A stretch of 62,496 bases of DNA, filler included. It is 8 parts of 8 records of this genome, joined end to end, with 100 filler letters (N's around TTAATTAATTAA, not from the genome) between each part and the next. Parts side by side here need not be neighbours in the genome. Positions count along the whole stretch, not along the records: positions 40,239 to 47,356 come from SRR31147125_115991; positions 47,457 to 54,596 come from SRR31147125_115992; positions 54,697 to 62,496 come from SRR31147125_116039; 5 more parts are not named here. One strand, written 5' to 3'. Both the position numbers and the translations under genes were made by a program. Within the stretch, counting starts at the first letter, position 1; each line of letters starts with the position of its first letter. The notes beneath the pieces are model-generated. The model was not told where the DNA came from. It saw only the letters and a program-made list of their open reading frames with translations, and did not search any database. This document shows, in pieces, positions 45,951 through 56,787 of this stretch.

Positions 45951-47294
45951 ATGAAAAAAGCTTTTACAGCTGGCTTTGCTGCCCTGGCATGCGTCGCGCT
46001 GATGGCGTTTAACGCCTACAGTGCCGGCGGACCGAAGCCGGAGCCGCTGCCCAAAGCAACAACCATTGCCGAACTGGCCGAACGCTATGATTCGGAACGG
46101 TGCGCAGACTGCCACGAGGACATTTACGATGAGTGGGAGAATTCGCTGCATGCCCGTTCAATCCTCGGAACGCCGCGTACGGCCCCGACCATCATCACCG
46201 CTATTGAAAAGGGGCTCAAGCTCTTCCCCTATTCGGGCGTCAAAAGTGACGAAGATGTCACGGTTGAACACCTGATGATGTGCGCCAAGTGCCATCTTCC
46301 GCAACTCGATGAAGCCACCGACGACGTGGCTCGTGAGATCGTTGCGACCATCAAGGGGTGGCAGCAGGCGTATCGTGACGAAGACTGGGACACGGCAGAA
46401 GATCTGGAAGAAACCATCGAAAGCCTCAACATCGGCTGTATGGTCTGTCACCAGAAAGTTGCGCTTATTCACAAATGGGCTGACGGGTATCCCCAGTACG
46501 ATACCGTATACGGTTCTATTGAGGGCGAACACGAGGACGAAGAAGCCGTCAACATGGCGGAAGCCCCTGCCCTGAATGAATCGATTTTCTGTGGCCAGTG
46601 TCACGGTCTCGGCCCCAATATGGAGCTTGACCATCCGTCACAGTGTGCAACGATTTACGGAAGTTACCTGTTCTCGTATGTTGCACATGGCGGAAGCGAG
46701 TCCTGCCAGGAATGTCACATGGAGAAGTCCGAACTCGGCCATGACATGCAGTCTTATCGAGACGATACGATGATCGAGATGGCTCTTGATGTCAAAGTTG
46801 AGGGCAGGTCGATGTTCTGGCGCAAGAACAAAGCCGACGGAGTTCTTCCCATCGGTATTATCGACGTATCCATGTACAACAAGGCGGGACATGTCATCCC
46901 GGACGGCTGACCGACTCCAAACCGGCTGGTCCTGGATGTGACCGCGAAAACCAAGGATGATGAAGTAGTTTATAACGATCAACGAATTTACATGCCGTTC
47001 CCGGGCAGGATGGGTAAAGGCAAAGAGATGGGCAGAGGACCGTACGAAAAGAGCGGCCTGCTCAGAGAAACGAGTCTTGTCCCCGGCAAGACCACTCACG
47101 AAACCTTTGAAATCACATTTCCGTTCGAAGACCAGGAAAAAGACGGAGCAACCAGACGTGAACTCCTCCAGGATGAACTCGTCGTGGCTGTTACGCTCTG
47201 GTACGTTCCCTTCGGTGAGTTCGATGGAAACGAAGTGGCCTTTTTCGAAGAGGAAAAGGTCATTGACATAAAGTCGGAGTGGATCTGGAGATAA
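45951..47294 (+). CDS. extKL: Five-heme c-type cytochrome selenoprotein, ExtKL family (447 aa, Sec at codon 320)
   Basis: AAGGAGG RBS, signal peptide, five CxxCH motifs (CADCH, CAKCH, CMVCH, CGQCH, CQECH). GHVIPDG-TGA(46908-46910)-PTPNRLVLDV continues in frame into ORF 46938-47294. Confidence 0.88.
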
Positions 47295-47320
47295 TCTCCT
47301 TCTCATATCCACCAACTCTC

Positions 47321-47356
47321 GAAAGCCCATGCATTATTTTGATGCATGGGCTTTTC
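47321..47356 (+). terminator. Rho-independent terminator after extKL
   Basis: AAAGCCCATGCAT...ATGCATGGGCTTTT inverted repeat; tail cut by the contig end. Confidence 0.8.
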
Positions 47357-47456
47357 NNNNNNNNNNNNNNNNNNNNNNNNNNNNNNNNNNNNNNNNNNNN
47401 TTAATTAATTAANNNNNNNNNNNNNNNNNNNNNNNNNNNNNNNNNNNNNNNNNNNN

Positions 47457-47480
47457 GATGATGATGATGATGATGATGAT
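47457..47480. repeat. (GAT)8 microsatellite at contig start
   Basis: Seen directly; probably intronic and the likely cause of the contig break. Confidence 0.85.
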
Positions 47481-47511
47481 GAGAAGGACGCTGAAGCGAA
47501 CAATTGATTAG

Positions 47512-48826
47512 GGAGCGCCCAGGGATCGTTTACTAGAGTGAAAGGTGAAGATTTGCAAGGTGTTTATGCTGCCCGATCCTTCGTGGGCTGGTACAATGGC
47601 GATCCCACGCATGCATCATGTTCCTTTGATTTGTCGCATGAGGATGCTGTGGTGATCGGACATGGAAACGTGGCCGTGGATGTTGCGCGGATGCTTCTCG
47701 TTCATGTAGATGCTCTGCGCAAAACGGACATTGCATCGTATGCCCTGGAAGCACTGTCACGTAGCCGTGTACGACGTGTCCATATTGTGGGACGTCGTGG
47801 ACCCGTTCAAAGGTATTTCTCCCTTCCCAGATCACTTCTTATACACGCGTGTACAGCTGCCTTCACTCCCAAGGAATTACGTGAGCTTCTGGCAATGCCC
47901 GAATGCCGTACACTTGTGCAATCTCGTGGTATGCATTTCGATCTGCAACGCTGGCCGTGATGTGTACCTCAGACATGGTTTTATCGAGTGTGGACAAGGC
48001 AGAGTTAGCGGATATCCGTGGCCGGAAACGCATTGTTGAGCTATTGCAGCGAATTCAGGATGACACGGATGTACCTGAGGGAAGTTCTCCAGAATCGATC
48101 GATCGAATCTGTGCACTTCGATTCAGAAGAAGCCCTATAGAAATTCTTGGGGAACAGGGTTGTGTATGCGGTGTACGTTTCCAAGTTAATCGATTGGAAG
48201 GGGAGGCTGGCCGTCAACGCGCAGGTAGGTGGGAGAGGATACTTCGTTGTATCTTGCGTGACATGGGAGAGCAACCTCAGTGGGCACGGGAGAACAAGAG
48301 GAGTTGCCGTGTGGTGCTGTGTTCCGAAGCATTGGATCCAAGGGATACCCTCCTGAACACGTTCCGTTTCATGAGGAGAGGGGAATCGTTCCGCACGCAT
48401 TGGGACGAGTGCTTGGACCGAATGATCAAGTAGAGAGGTGTGCGAGATCTTACCACCTTGCCACCCGACAACTCTTTCTTTCTTTTTGTGCGAAACAGGG
48501 GCTTGTATGTGACAGGATGGCTCAAGCGAGGGGCTCATGGTATCATTGCCATGAACAAACCTGACTCCGAGGAAACGATCAACTCGTTACTGGAGGATTT
48601 GCGTTTGGGGCACATAGGACGGGAACGCTATGATACGGATGGTATGGAAGTAGTGCAAACCTGCATGTTGGCGCAAGGGAAACAGGTTGTCGATACGGGA
48701 GGGTGGAGGAGAATTGACGACGAGGAAAAGAGAACGGGAGAAATGAAGGGAAAGCCACGAGAGAAGCTCACACAAGTGGAAGATATGCTGGCCATTGCAC
48801 GAGGCGATTTAGGGAGTATGCCGTAG
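47512..48826 (+). CDS. FDXR: NADPH:adrenodoxin oxidoreductase (multi-exon, 5' truncated)
   Basis: ARSFVGWYNG, VIGHGNVAVDVAR, TDIA, VGRRGPVQ|AAFTPKELRE, VFRSIG, GLYVTGWLKRG, GWRRIDDEE, KPREK. Confidence 0.92.
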
Positions 48827-51173
48827 ACAGGTTTTCACGCTTTGTAACTCCCTCATTTGGGGGGAATCGGACCCAAAGGAAACAGTCAGAATGGCCTCGG
48901 CTTGTGCGATGGCCTTGGCGGCTTCGTCCATTCGTTGTGCATTGAAGCAGAGGGTCGCCAATTTGAGATATTCGTGTCCCACTTCCACTCCACCCTCCCT
49001 GAACACGTTGTCAGGAGATAACAAGACCATGCGTCGTCCATGCACCCAAACATCTTTTCGGTGATCCACAGGGAAGCATAGCATTCCTCGGTTGCTTCGT
49101 TGTACTCTCCCAGAGATGCCAAACACTGAGCCAATGAATCGTGTGTGCGTGCTAGTGTACGATTCCTTCTGCAGATGGGTGTTATCGGCGAGATGAGCTG
49201 TTCCATTCACCTACGCATGCACGATTCGCTTTTGAATCTTGAGGCATTTCCGGAACATACTGGCAGCTTGGACAAGAAGGTCCCTTGCTTCGGTGTCCCA
49301 TGCTTCACAACACAATTCCTTGGCCCGGGTGAACAAGGTGTCCGCGGTGGCAAGTTGATGTGTTCTCTTTCGTGCAATTGTGCAATCCTCGACACAACCA
49401 CACCGATTACATCGTCTGCGTGGTTCTCGATCCTCCTCCGCCTCTTCCTCCTGATGCATAGAACCAGGACACGTTTCCACGAGACAGATCAATCCATCAA
49501 AATCTGCTTCGCTACGGTGTGTGTGTGCGTGCGTGCCAAACATCAAGCCATGGAGGTGACGTACGTTTCGCATGCTTGGCAGGAACAAACAAAGTGGTAC
49601 TGCTCCCACAAGGCCGCCTGTCGTTCTCGTCGACGGTGATGCCCCGCATGTGGCCCATAACAGTTGGTCACTTCCTCACCCGGAGAGATCTCCGAAGGAG
49701 CTGCACGCATTATCATCCTTCGGCCCTTGTAGAAAAGAAGGGTATTCGGACGACACGAGTGATTGATCATACTTGCGTTGAGGTAGATGGCTTCGGCAAT
49801 ACGTGATTGTTCCTCCTCCATAACACCATTGTCTTGTGTTGTCGTCGATTCAATCAATTCCGTGATGGAATGCAGATTGGAGCGCAATTGTAACAGGACG
49901 CGTGCTATAGCCTGTGCATCCAAGGCGCCATCCAAACAGCGCACAGCCAGATGTGCCAGGATGGCATGATCGGCACGTACAGCAGCAGATATACTATCTT
50001 CATGTGCCTGAAGTGACGAAACACAACGATCGTCCGTGAAGAGTGTCCGTGTCTCGGGATTCACACCCGCTGGAACGTCGAATCCCGCACGTGCTTGAAC
50101 GGGAAGTCCAGGGCCACCGGAAACGTCCCCATTGTCACCACGTCTTCGGACAACACGAAGTGCTACAACGAGTTCTGGGGGAGCGAGTCGGTAGAGAGCA
50201 CGACCACTGCGTGTAGTAACGTGTCAAAAGGAAGAGAATCTCCCTGCTAACGGTACCATTCATCTCGATGCTCAACCTTCCACGCCCGATCGGCACATGC
50301 AGCCGAGCAGTAACGTGCATGGCTACAATGCAAACATCTGTCGTTTTCCCGTGTCATGGAAGATTATCTCAAAGAGAAATCGCACGTACGGCCATGATGG
50401 TGAACCATGGCAAAGCGTGCGTAGGCACCAATGACAGCGCGTTCGTCTCCACTCGGGCAAAAGGACCAAAACATAGGGTTCTTCCTCGAGGATCACCGCT
50501 CCACGAGCGATCCCTTCCGTGGCCACAAGGTATCGTCCTCGTGGCTGTGGATCCACACGTACAACCAACCCCGGATGCAACAGCCCCCTTGTGGAGGGCA
50601 CCTGTCCATCATCCTCTCCTTTGTCTCGTAGGGCTTCCTGGCATTGAACAACACGACAATGGGCCTTGGTATAGGAAGGATCTAGAGATGCAGCGATCTG
50701 TGCATCCTTCAAGGCTTCTACAAGGCGGTTCATTCGCTGGAGAGTGGCAGCGCGGTTCTGGAAACACACAGCCATGAAGGAAGCATCCGTCTCTGTCCCA
50801 ACAAAGAGTGCCTTTCTTGGCAAGACGGAGGGAGGGATGAGAACAGACACACGACCCCAATCCCGAACACACACACACACACCTCTGTGTAATGTGTGAT
50901 CGCCTGCGACAAGTCTCCACGACGAAAGGCTGTGTTGCCTTCCTCCTTTTCAGTTCGTGCCCGAGCCATACTCTCCTCCTGCTCTTCCTTTCTCGTGCCC
51001 TGTTTGCGTGTGGCGTCCACCAAAGCCCACCACTCCTGAGCAGAGCCCAAACGTTCTGATCTGTCCCACTCTTCTAACACGCGCAACCGTTCGGGTATGG
51101 TGCGTAGCCTCCGAAGGGTATCCTGTACCTCCGAAGGGATAAGAGGAGATAGATAGAGTGGGGACAGAGACAT
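48809..51173 (-). CDS. TPR-SET-MYND lysine methyltransferase, SMYD4-like (multi-exon)
   Basis: KEEGNTAF and NRAATL (TPR); GRYLVAT, EEEPY, RCHWC, YCSAAC (split SET/MYND); ASMINHSCRPN, GEEVTNCYG, QYHFVCSCQAC; C-terminal TPR-like region. Confidence 0.87.
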
Positions 51174-51196
51174 GAGGGATGAGAGGGGAATGGCTT

Positions 51197-54100
51197 TCAC
51201 AGCCGCAGTTGTTGAATGTCGCTGGGTAGGAAATCGGAACGAAGCCCCAGCACCCCGCGGACCTCCTTCTTACTCAGACGCCACGTCAACGAGCCGGATT
51301 GATCACCCCAGTATTCCATTACCTCAGCAACCTGAGGAAGGAAGAAATGTGGGAACCGTGTGATCGATCCTTCTAGTTGACTGGCATTCATACCTTCTCT
51401 AGACTCAAGAGAGACGCAGTCTGACTGAGACGTGCAAACTTGTCTCGGACTGTTCGTTGTGTGATTCGGGAAAAGAAGTTGACGAGGCCTCGGATATCCT
51501 TGTCCAATTGAAGTCCACCCAACTGGTGTGTGCGTCATGTGTCATGTGTCATGTGTTATGCTCCGTCCCAAACCAGCGAAGAGCACCTGACTGAATTTCT
51601 TCTGAACGATTATTTGCTCTATTCGCCTCGTAACATATCTACATAGACACAGCGAGGGATAAGAAGCGAGAGATCAACAAGGCGACGGGCCTTACTGTGC
51701 TACATGCTGGACTAGCATATCAAAGTTGTTGCTTGTGAGAGAACCCTAACTCCGTCGTTAATGTCGTCCGTGGGCAGAGAAGGAACCACATACCTTATAC
51801 GACTTGAATTGTGTGTCCACCCCCATAGCAAACTTGTATACAAACGGGTCATTGATCTCATTCTCGGCAAAGTCCTGTTCGTTGTTGGGTATCCCTGCTA
51901 TCCCTGCTATCCCTCGCTACAACCAACACACATACCTGTTCATCAAGTTCGTAGTTGATATTGAGAAGTGTGTCCACCAGGGGACGAATTCGTGGAAGGA
52001 TGGTGTGACACAAACTCTCCAGTCCTCCCTTTTGAGGAAGATGTGATGTATGAGTTGCCTGTCCTTCCTCAACACAGCACAAAGACAACCTGAAGAACTT
52101 CCTTGAACAGGTTGGCGGTCTCTACAAAGAAGGCAACCGTGGCCTTCATCTGTTCGCACATCCATGAGCAGGGAATCCAAAGGTGAGATCTCAGAATTCT
52201 TACTTTCCTCTATCATCAGCCGACGAGAACGTCTCTTCAAAGTCCACCTCTAATTCGTTTCGCAGTTTCACCACATACTCCCCTGGAAGGACATCCGTGT
52301 AAGAAACCCCGCGAACGTCTTCCACACCATGCGTACCACTGACTTCAATGTTGTTCAGGATCGTCTGGTGGGTAACGACGAGTGAAGAACAGAACACCAA
52401 CCACATATGCCCGCCCCTACACACCGTCAGGGCAACCTTGGGTTTCGGAATGCTTCGTGTGGGATTAGATGCCATGATGGAGGGAAATGCACCGGATCCC
52501 TTTGTTGTGTGACGTCAATGTAAGGAGAGGGTGGACTCCAACCCAACCACCCACCCCTAACCCCATCTTCGATGCCAAGTCCTCGGGTTCCCTCAAACGC
52601 TTCTGTAGCACCTTATCGAAACACAAACGGTGAACTTCACACCGCTCAAAGGCGTCCGTCCCTCACTACCTCCAAATACTCTCGACCGAGAATGTTGTTG
52701 ATATGATTGCACACGGCCCCAGCGGCCTGAACATTCGCCGTTGACAAAGCACTGCCACGAAAGACAGGTGGGTGACCCATCTTACAAGAAACCGATAGGG
52801 GTGTATGCATACCGTCGCGCACACTTCTGGAGGACGTAGAACACATCATCAACAATGGTAGATGTTAGAGAATCCTCGACGGATTCATCAAGGCGAATGG
52901 CCTGCCGTGTTGTAAGTGTGTGCACGCAAGCCGATGGTGTAGTACCTTTTGTACGTTCTGTACAAGAAAGAACTCTTCCATTCCCGCAAAATAGGCAATC
53001 AACTCCTGCATACGCTCATTGAGACGGGTATCGTGCACGAATGACTCCTTGAAGAGATAAGTAGCCACGCGTTCCTTTTGTTCTGCCCTCGCCCGTGCAA
53101 TAGCCTCCTGGAGAGACGAAACAATCAACCAACAAAGTCGGCACGCTAGTCCTACTTACTACACGCACTGAGACGCGTTCACGCAAGAATGCATCGTACA
53201 CCTCGTATCGGCTGCTCAGAAGAGCGATTTCATCGAGTAAGACGTCAAGTTCCTGGGAAGGGAGGGAGGAAGGGATGCCTATGCAACAGAACAATACCAA
53301 CATACCTTCATTTCGGGATCCGTGGGCTCTTGGAGTCCGGGACTTCTCATTACGGAACACTCCTTCACCTAGTCCCATCCACACCATTGATTCCCTCCTT
53401 CGAAGATCTGACAGGGCGCACCTTGACTAGAAGTCGACGATCCGAAGTGAAGCGATCGAGGACCTTGACAGCCTGAAGCAACGGGGGTCATTTTGCATCT
53501 CCAAGACCTTCAAGACCTTACTTGCACGTCACATTGCTCCTGGAGTTCATGGATGAGCTGAAGCAGCGAATCGGGTCCACTACAACAAGTGCATGAACAA
53601 CGGGCGAGATCGATCTCTCCACGTACAGACTCGGTTCCGAGCTACACAATTCCTCAGTTTCCTCAACAAGACCGGCAATCTGTTGATATCTGTTGGGAGA
53701 AACACTCTGTCACACTTGCCAGCATTCATCACAGACAAGACGACTCACAGTTTCGTTATGACGTCTACATGGGGCACAAGTAGCACTCCCCTTTCCGCAG
53801 CTCCAATTTCCCGTGCTGAGGTGGTGGTGTGTGGGTGTGGGTATGGGTGTGGATCATCCTCGTGAACACAAAACCGCACAGAACAATCGTGCATACTCCT
53901 TGAAGTCCTCATCAGCTTCTTCAGCGATGAACTTACGAATGTATCGTGCATATCTAGATCAGAATCACAGCGTCTGTTTCCTCCATTCATCCCATAAATC
54001 ACTCGTACGTACCGAGACAAACCCTCTGGGAGCATATTCAGCTTGGGAAAGAGGCGAATGAATCTGAGTCTTGTAAGAACACGAACACTACAACGAACAA

Positions 54101-54563
54101 CCCTTCCAACCTTTGTACGGCTTCGGTGTCATGTGCTGTTGCAGCTTCCTCAAGCTTGGAGCGCACAACGTCCTTTACGCGCTGTTCCGCTTCGCGTAGT
54201 CCTTCCAGGGACGGATCATTCGATGGTACGATTCCCTGAAAAGGGGGAGAGGAGAGGGAAGGGAATTCAGCGATCGTTTCCCAAACACCCAACCCCAGGA
54301 TCATGCTCACCTGTACGCTGAGGTAGTGATGGATGTGGCCGGCGGCAGACTCGAAGTCTTCCCTCTCAAGAGCACTCTGAACCCCTTCATAGCTACTCTT
54401 CGTGTCGAGAATGTCCTCCACATACTTGAGAGCCTCTCGTACATGCGATTGAGCTGTGTCGAGTTCGCGGACCTTAACAGAGATGCTCTCCGCCAAGCGA
54501 CACGCGCCGTCAATTGTGTGTGCAAGCTGTTGCGCGGTGTTATACTCTTCTGAAAGGCGTTCT
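51197..54563 (-). CDS. COG4: Conserved oligomeric Golgi complex subunit 4 (multi-exon, 5' truncated)
   Basis: LAESISVKVRELD, DFESAAGHIHHYL, LDVLLDEI, VDDVFYV, GGLQLDKDIR, VRDKFARLSQ, and the C-terminus YWGDQSGSLTWRLSKKEVRGVLGLRSDF...QLRL*. Confidence 0.92.
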
Positions 54564-54696
54564 CTATGAAAGCACGTGTGTGGGGGGTGAGGAGGGNNNN
54601 NNNNNNNNNNNNNNNNNNNNNNNNNNNNNNNNNNNNNNNNTTAATTAATTAANNNNNNNNNNNNNNNNNNNNNNNNNNNNNNNNNNNNNNNNNNNN

Positions 54697-55078
54697 GAAA
54701 AGCAACTCGAATGGCAATGGTTGCTTCAGATTATGTGATCGTTCCTATTGAGTGTCAGGATTGGGCGATTAAAGGGAGCCGGGAAATGCTAACGTTTATT
54801 CAAAGAGTGAAAAAACGGGCCAATCCTGAATTAAAGTTACTGGGAGTCGTTATAAACAGGCTAAGCTTAAAACGCAAAATTGAAACGATTTATGCTCAAG
54901 TTCTCAGGGATACGTTCGGAGAGAATCTCTTTAAAACAGAATTTAAAGATAACGTTCCTTATGTTGAGGCGGTTACAAAAAGGACACCTATTACTTTATA
55001 CCAGCCACAATCTGAACAGGCTAATGTGTTTAGAATCTTTGCACAGGAGGTTTTGGATCGTGTCGAAAAAGATTTTGA
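54697..55078 (+). CDS. parA: ParA/Soj family partition ATPase (5' truncated)
   Basis: AMVASDYVIVPIEC, ANPELKLLGVVINR, EAVTKRTPITLY. The true stop is probably the TGA at ~55076-55078 once one A is restored in the run at ~55066-55070. Confidence 0.85.
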
Positions 55079-55915
55079 AGATCTTTTAAAAGAAGGATTG
55101 GAAAATTTCCAAATTGATCCCGATGACTCTGCTGAAGAGAAATCGTCAATAACAGTTAAAACCAGGCGAATAAAAAACGCTCGATTGATTCATATCGATC
55201 TTATTCATCCGGATCCTAATCAACCTAGAAAAAAATTCACCACGAATCAATCCAGGAATTAGCTGTCTCGATCAAGGAACACGGTATTTTGCAGCCTGTT
55301 GTTGTTGAGAAGGATGAAACAGAAGGAAGTTTTTATATTATCCACGGTGAACGTCGATACCGGGCCGCACAGTTTTTGAAATTATCTGAACTACCATGTA
55401 TTGTACAAATACCTGTTGATCCATCACGAAAGTTTGCTCAGCAATTGGTGGAAAATATACAGAGAGAGGATTTGACTCCCATTGATAAAGCACGCGCTTT
55501 ATTGGAATACAAGGAGATGTTGGGATATGAAGGGACGTGGGTGGATGTGGAAAAAGCAATTGGCATCAGTGAGATAATGAGAAAACGTTTCGTTGCGCTC
55601 TTAAAACTTCCGCAAGAGATCCAGAGTGAAATTGTTTCCAAAGGAAAAAGAACGACGAAGGTCAGCATTACGGAAAAACATGCCAGGGCATTGTTGATGC
55701 TGAATAAGTTACCAGAAAAACAAACTGAGTTATTCAGAAAAATGAAGGATGGTGGGCAGTTAACAGGTGAACAGGCTATTGAGATAGCCAAAAAGTTAAA
55801 GGGAGAGAAGGTTAAAAAAATCTTTCAGGTAACATATAAAGATATGAATGATTTGATCCATACTTTGAGAAAGAAGCTTCAAGAGTTAGAATCCAGTTAT
55901 TCCTGCCTTGAATAG
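55060..55915 (+). CDS. parB: ParB/Spo0J family partition protein
   Basis: AGGAGG RBS then GTG; IHPDPNQPRK, ELAVSIKEHGILQPVVV (restored across an indel at ~55240), HGERRYRAA, ENIQREDL, HARALL. Confidence 0.88.
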
Positions 55916-56787
55916 GAGGTACCCCAGGGTACCCCTATCATAATAAATCCAAACATCTTAACATTCCTACCTCTACATTAATTTTTTCATATTTTGTGCG
56001 AGTTAAATCGTTAAGGCACACATAGGATTTGTTTTAATACATACCTTGCTGACCTTCTTCAAAAGCATGCGTGTTTAATTATATAATCAAAGTGTCCTGT
56101 CAGGGTGTCCTGCCGGCAGGACAGTTAATATCTCCTAAGCCTATAATAATTAATTCAAATTTGAAAAATGAAGGGGTTATTATAGGATAATAAATAAGAA
56201 GGATTTGAATTGGGTGTTGGGGTGGGGATAATTGTTTTTTTTAATTCAGCTTCATAAGAGTTTAGGCTCTCCGAGGAGATCGATTAGGATATCTCTAGCT
56301 TTTATTTGGTACCGCTAAAATACGGGCTATCCTGTACTATCGTTTGTATTGTAGAATGCCATAAAAATGAAAAAAAATAATTCAAACGGGAATAATAAAA
56401 AAATAAAATTTATTGTTATGGGCATATATTTTTTAAAAGATGAATATTGGGGCAACATTGATGTACGTGAATCGTTCAAACAGATTCGAGAATTCGATTA
56501 TCATCTACCTACCGAATCTTTCTTCAGCTTTTATTTATCCCCAACTATTCGATTTAGAGGCAGTTTATTTCGAATAAAATCATATAGTTCTTTACCTGAG
56601 AATCATCTGCTTGAAAGCAGATAGTAAATATTTTCAATAATTGAAAATTTCTCGTGAAATTGAAGACAATTAATTGTCTTCTGTTTAAAAATACTATGGT
56701 TTTTTTATATCCTAAAAGATCATTACCATTTTCAAGTGAATTTCATTGTAATTAATCAAGTCATTTTAAATATTTAATGATGCTCTT

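Noticed and set aside
13061-54696. Seven regularly recurring TTAATTAATTAA motifs, and apparent eukaryote-bacterium gene juxtapositions
   Set aside because: Artificial contig linkers inside N runs. They are not repeats or CRISPR, and adjacency across them is not evidence of horizontal transfer or shared function.
54711-55262. Apparent ParA-ParB fusion ORF
   Set aside because: Adding one A in the run at ~55066-55070 gives ParA a stop (RVEKRF*) and ParB its own AGGAGG/GTG start (MSKKDFEDLL).
56367-56624. 85-aa ORF between parB and the toxin gene
   Set aside because: Very AT-rich, no clear RBS or recognisable motif; cannot be supported as a gene.
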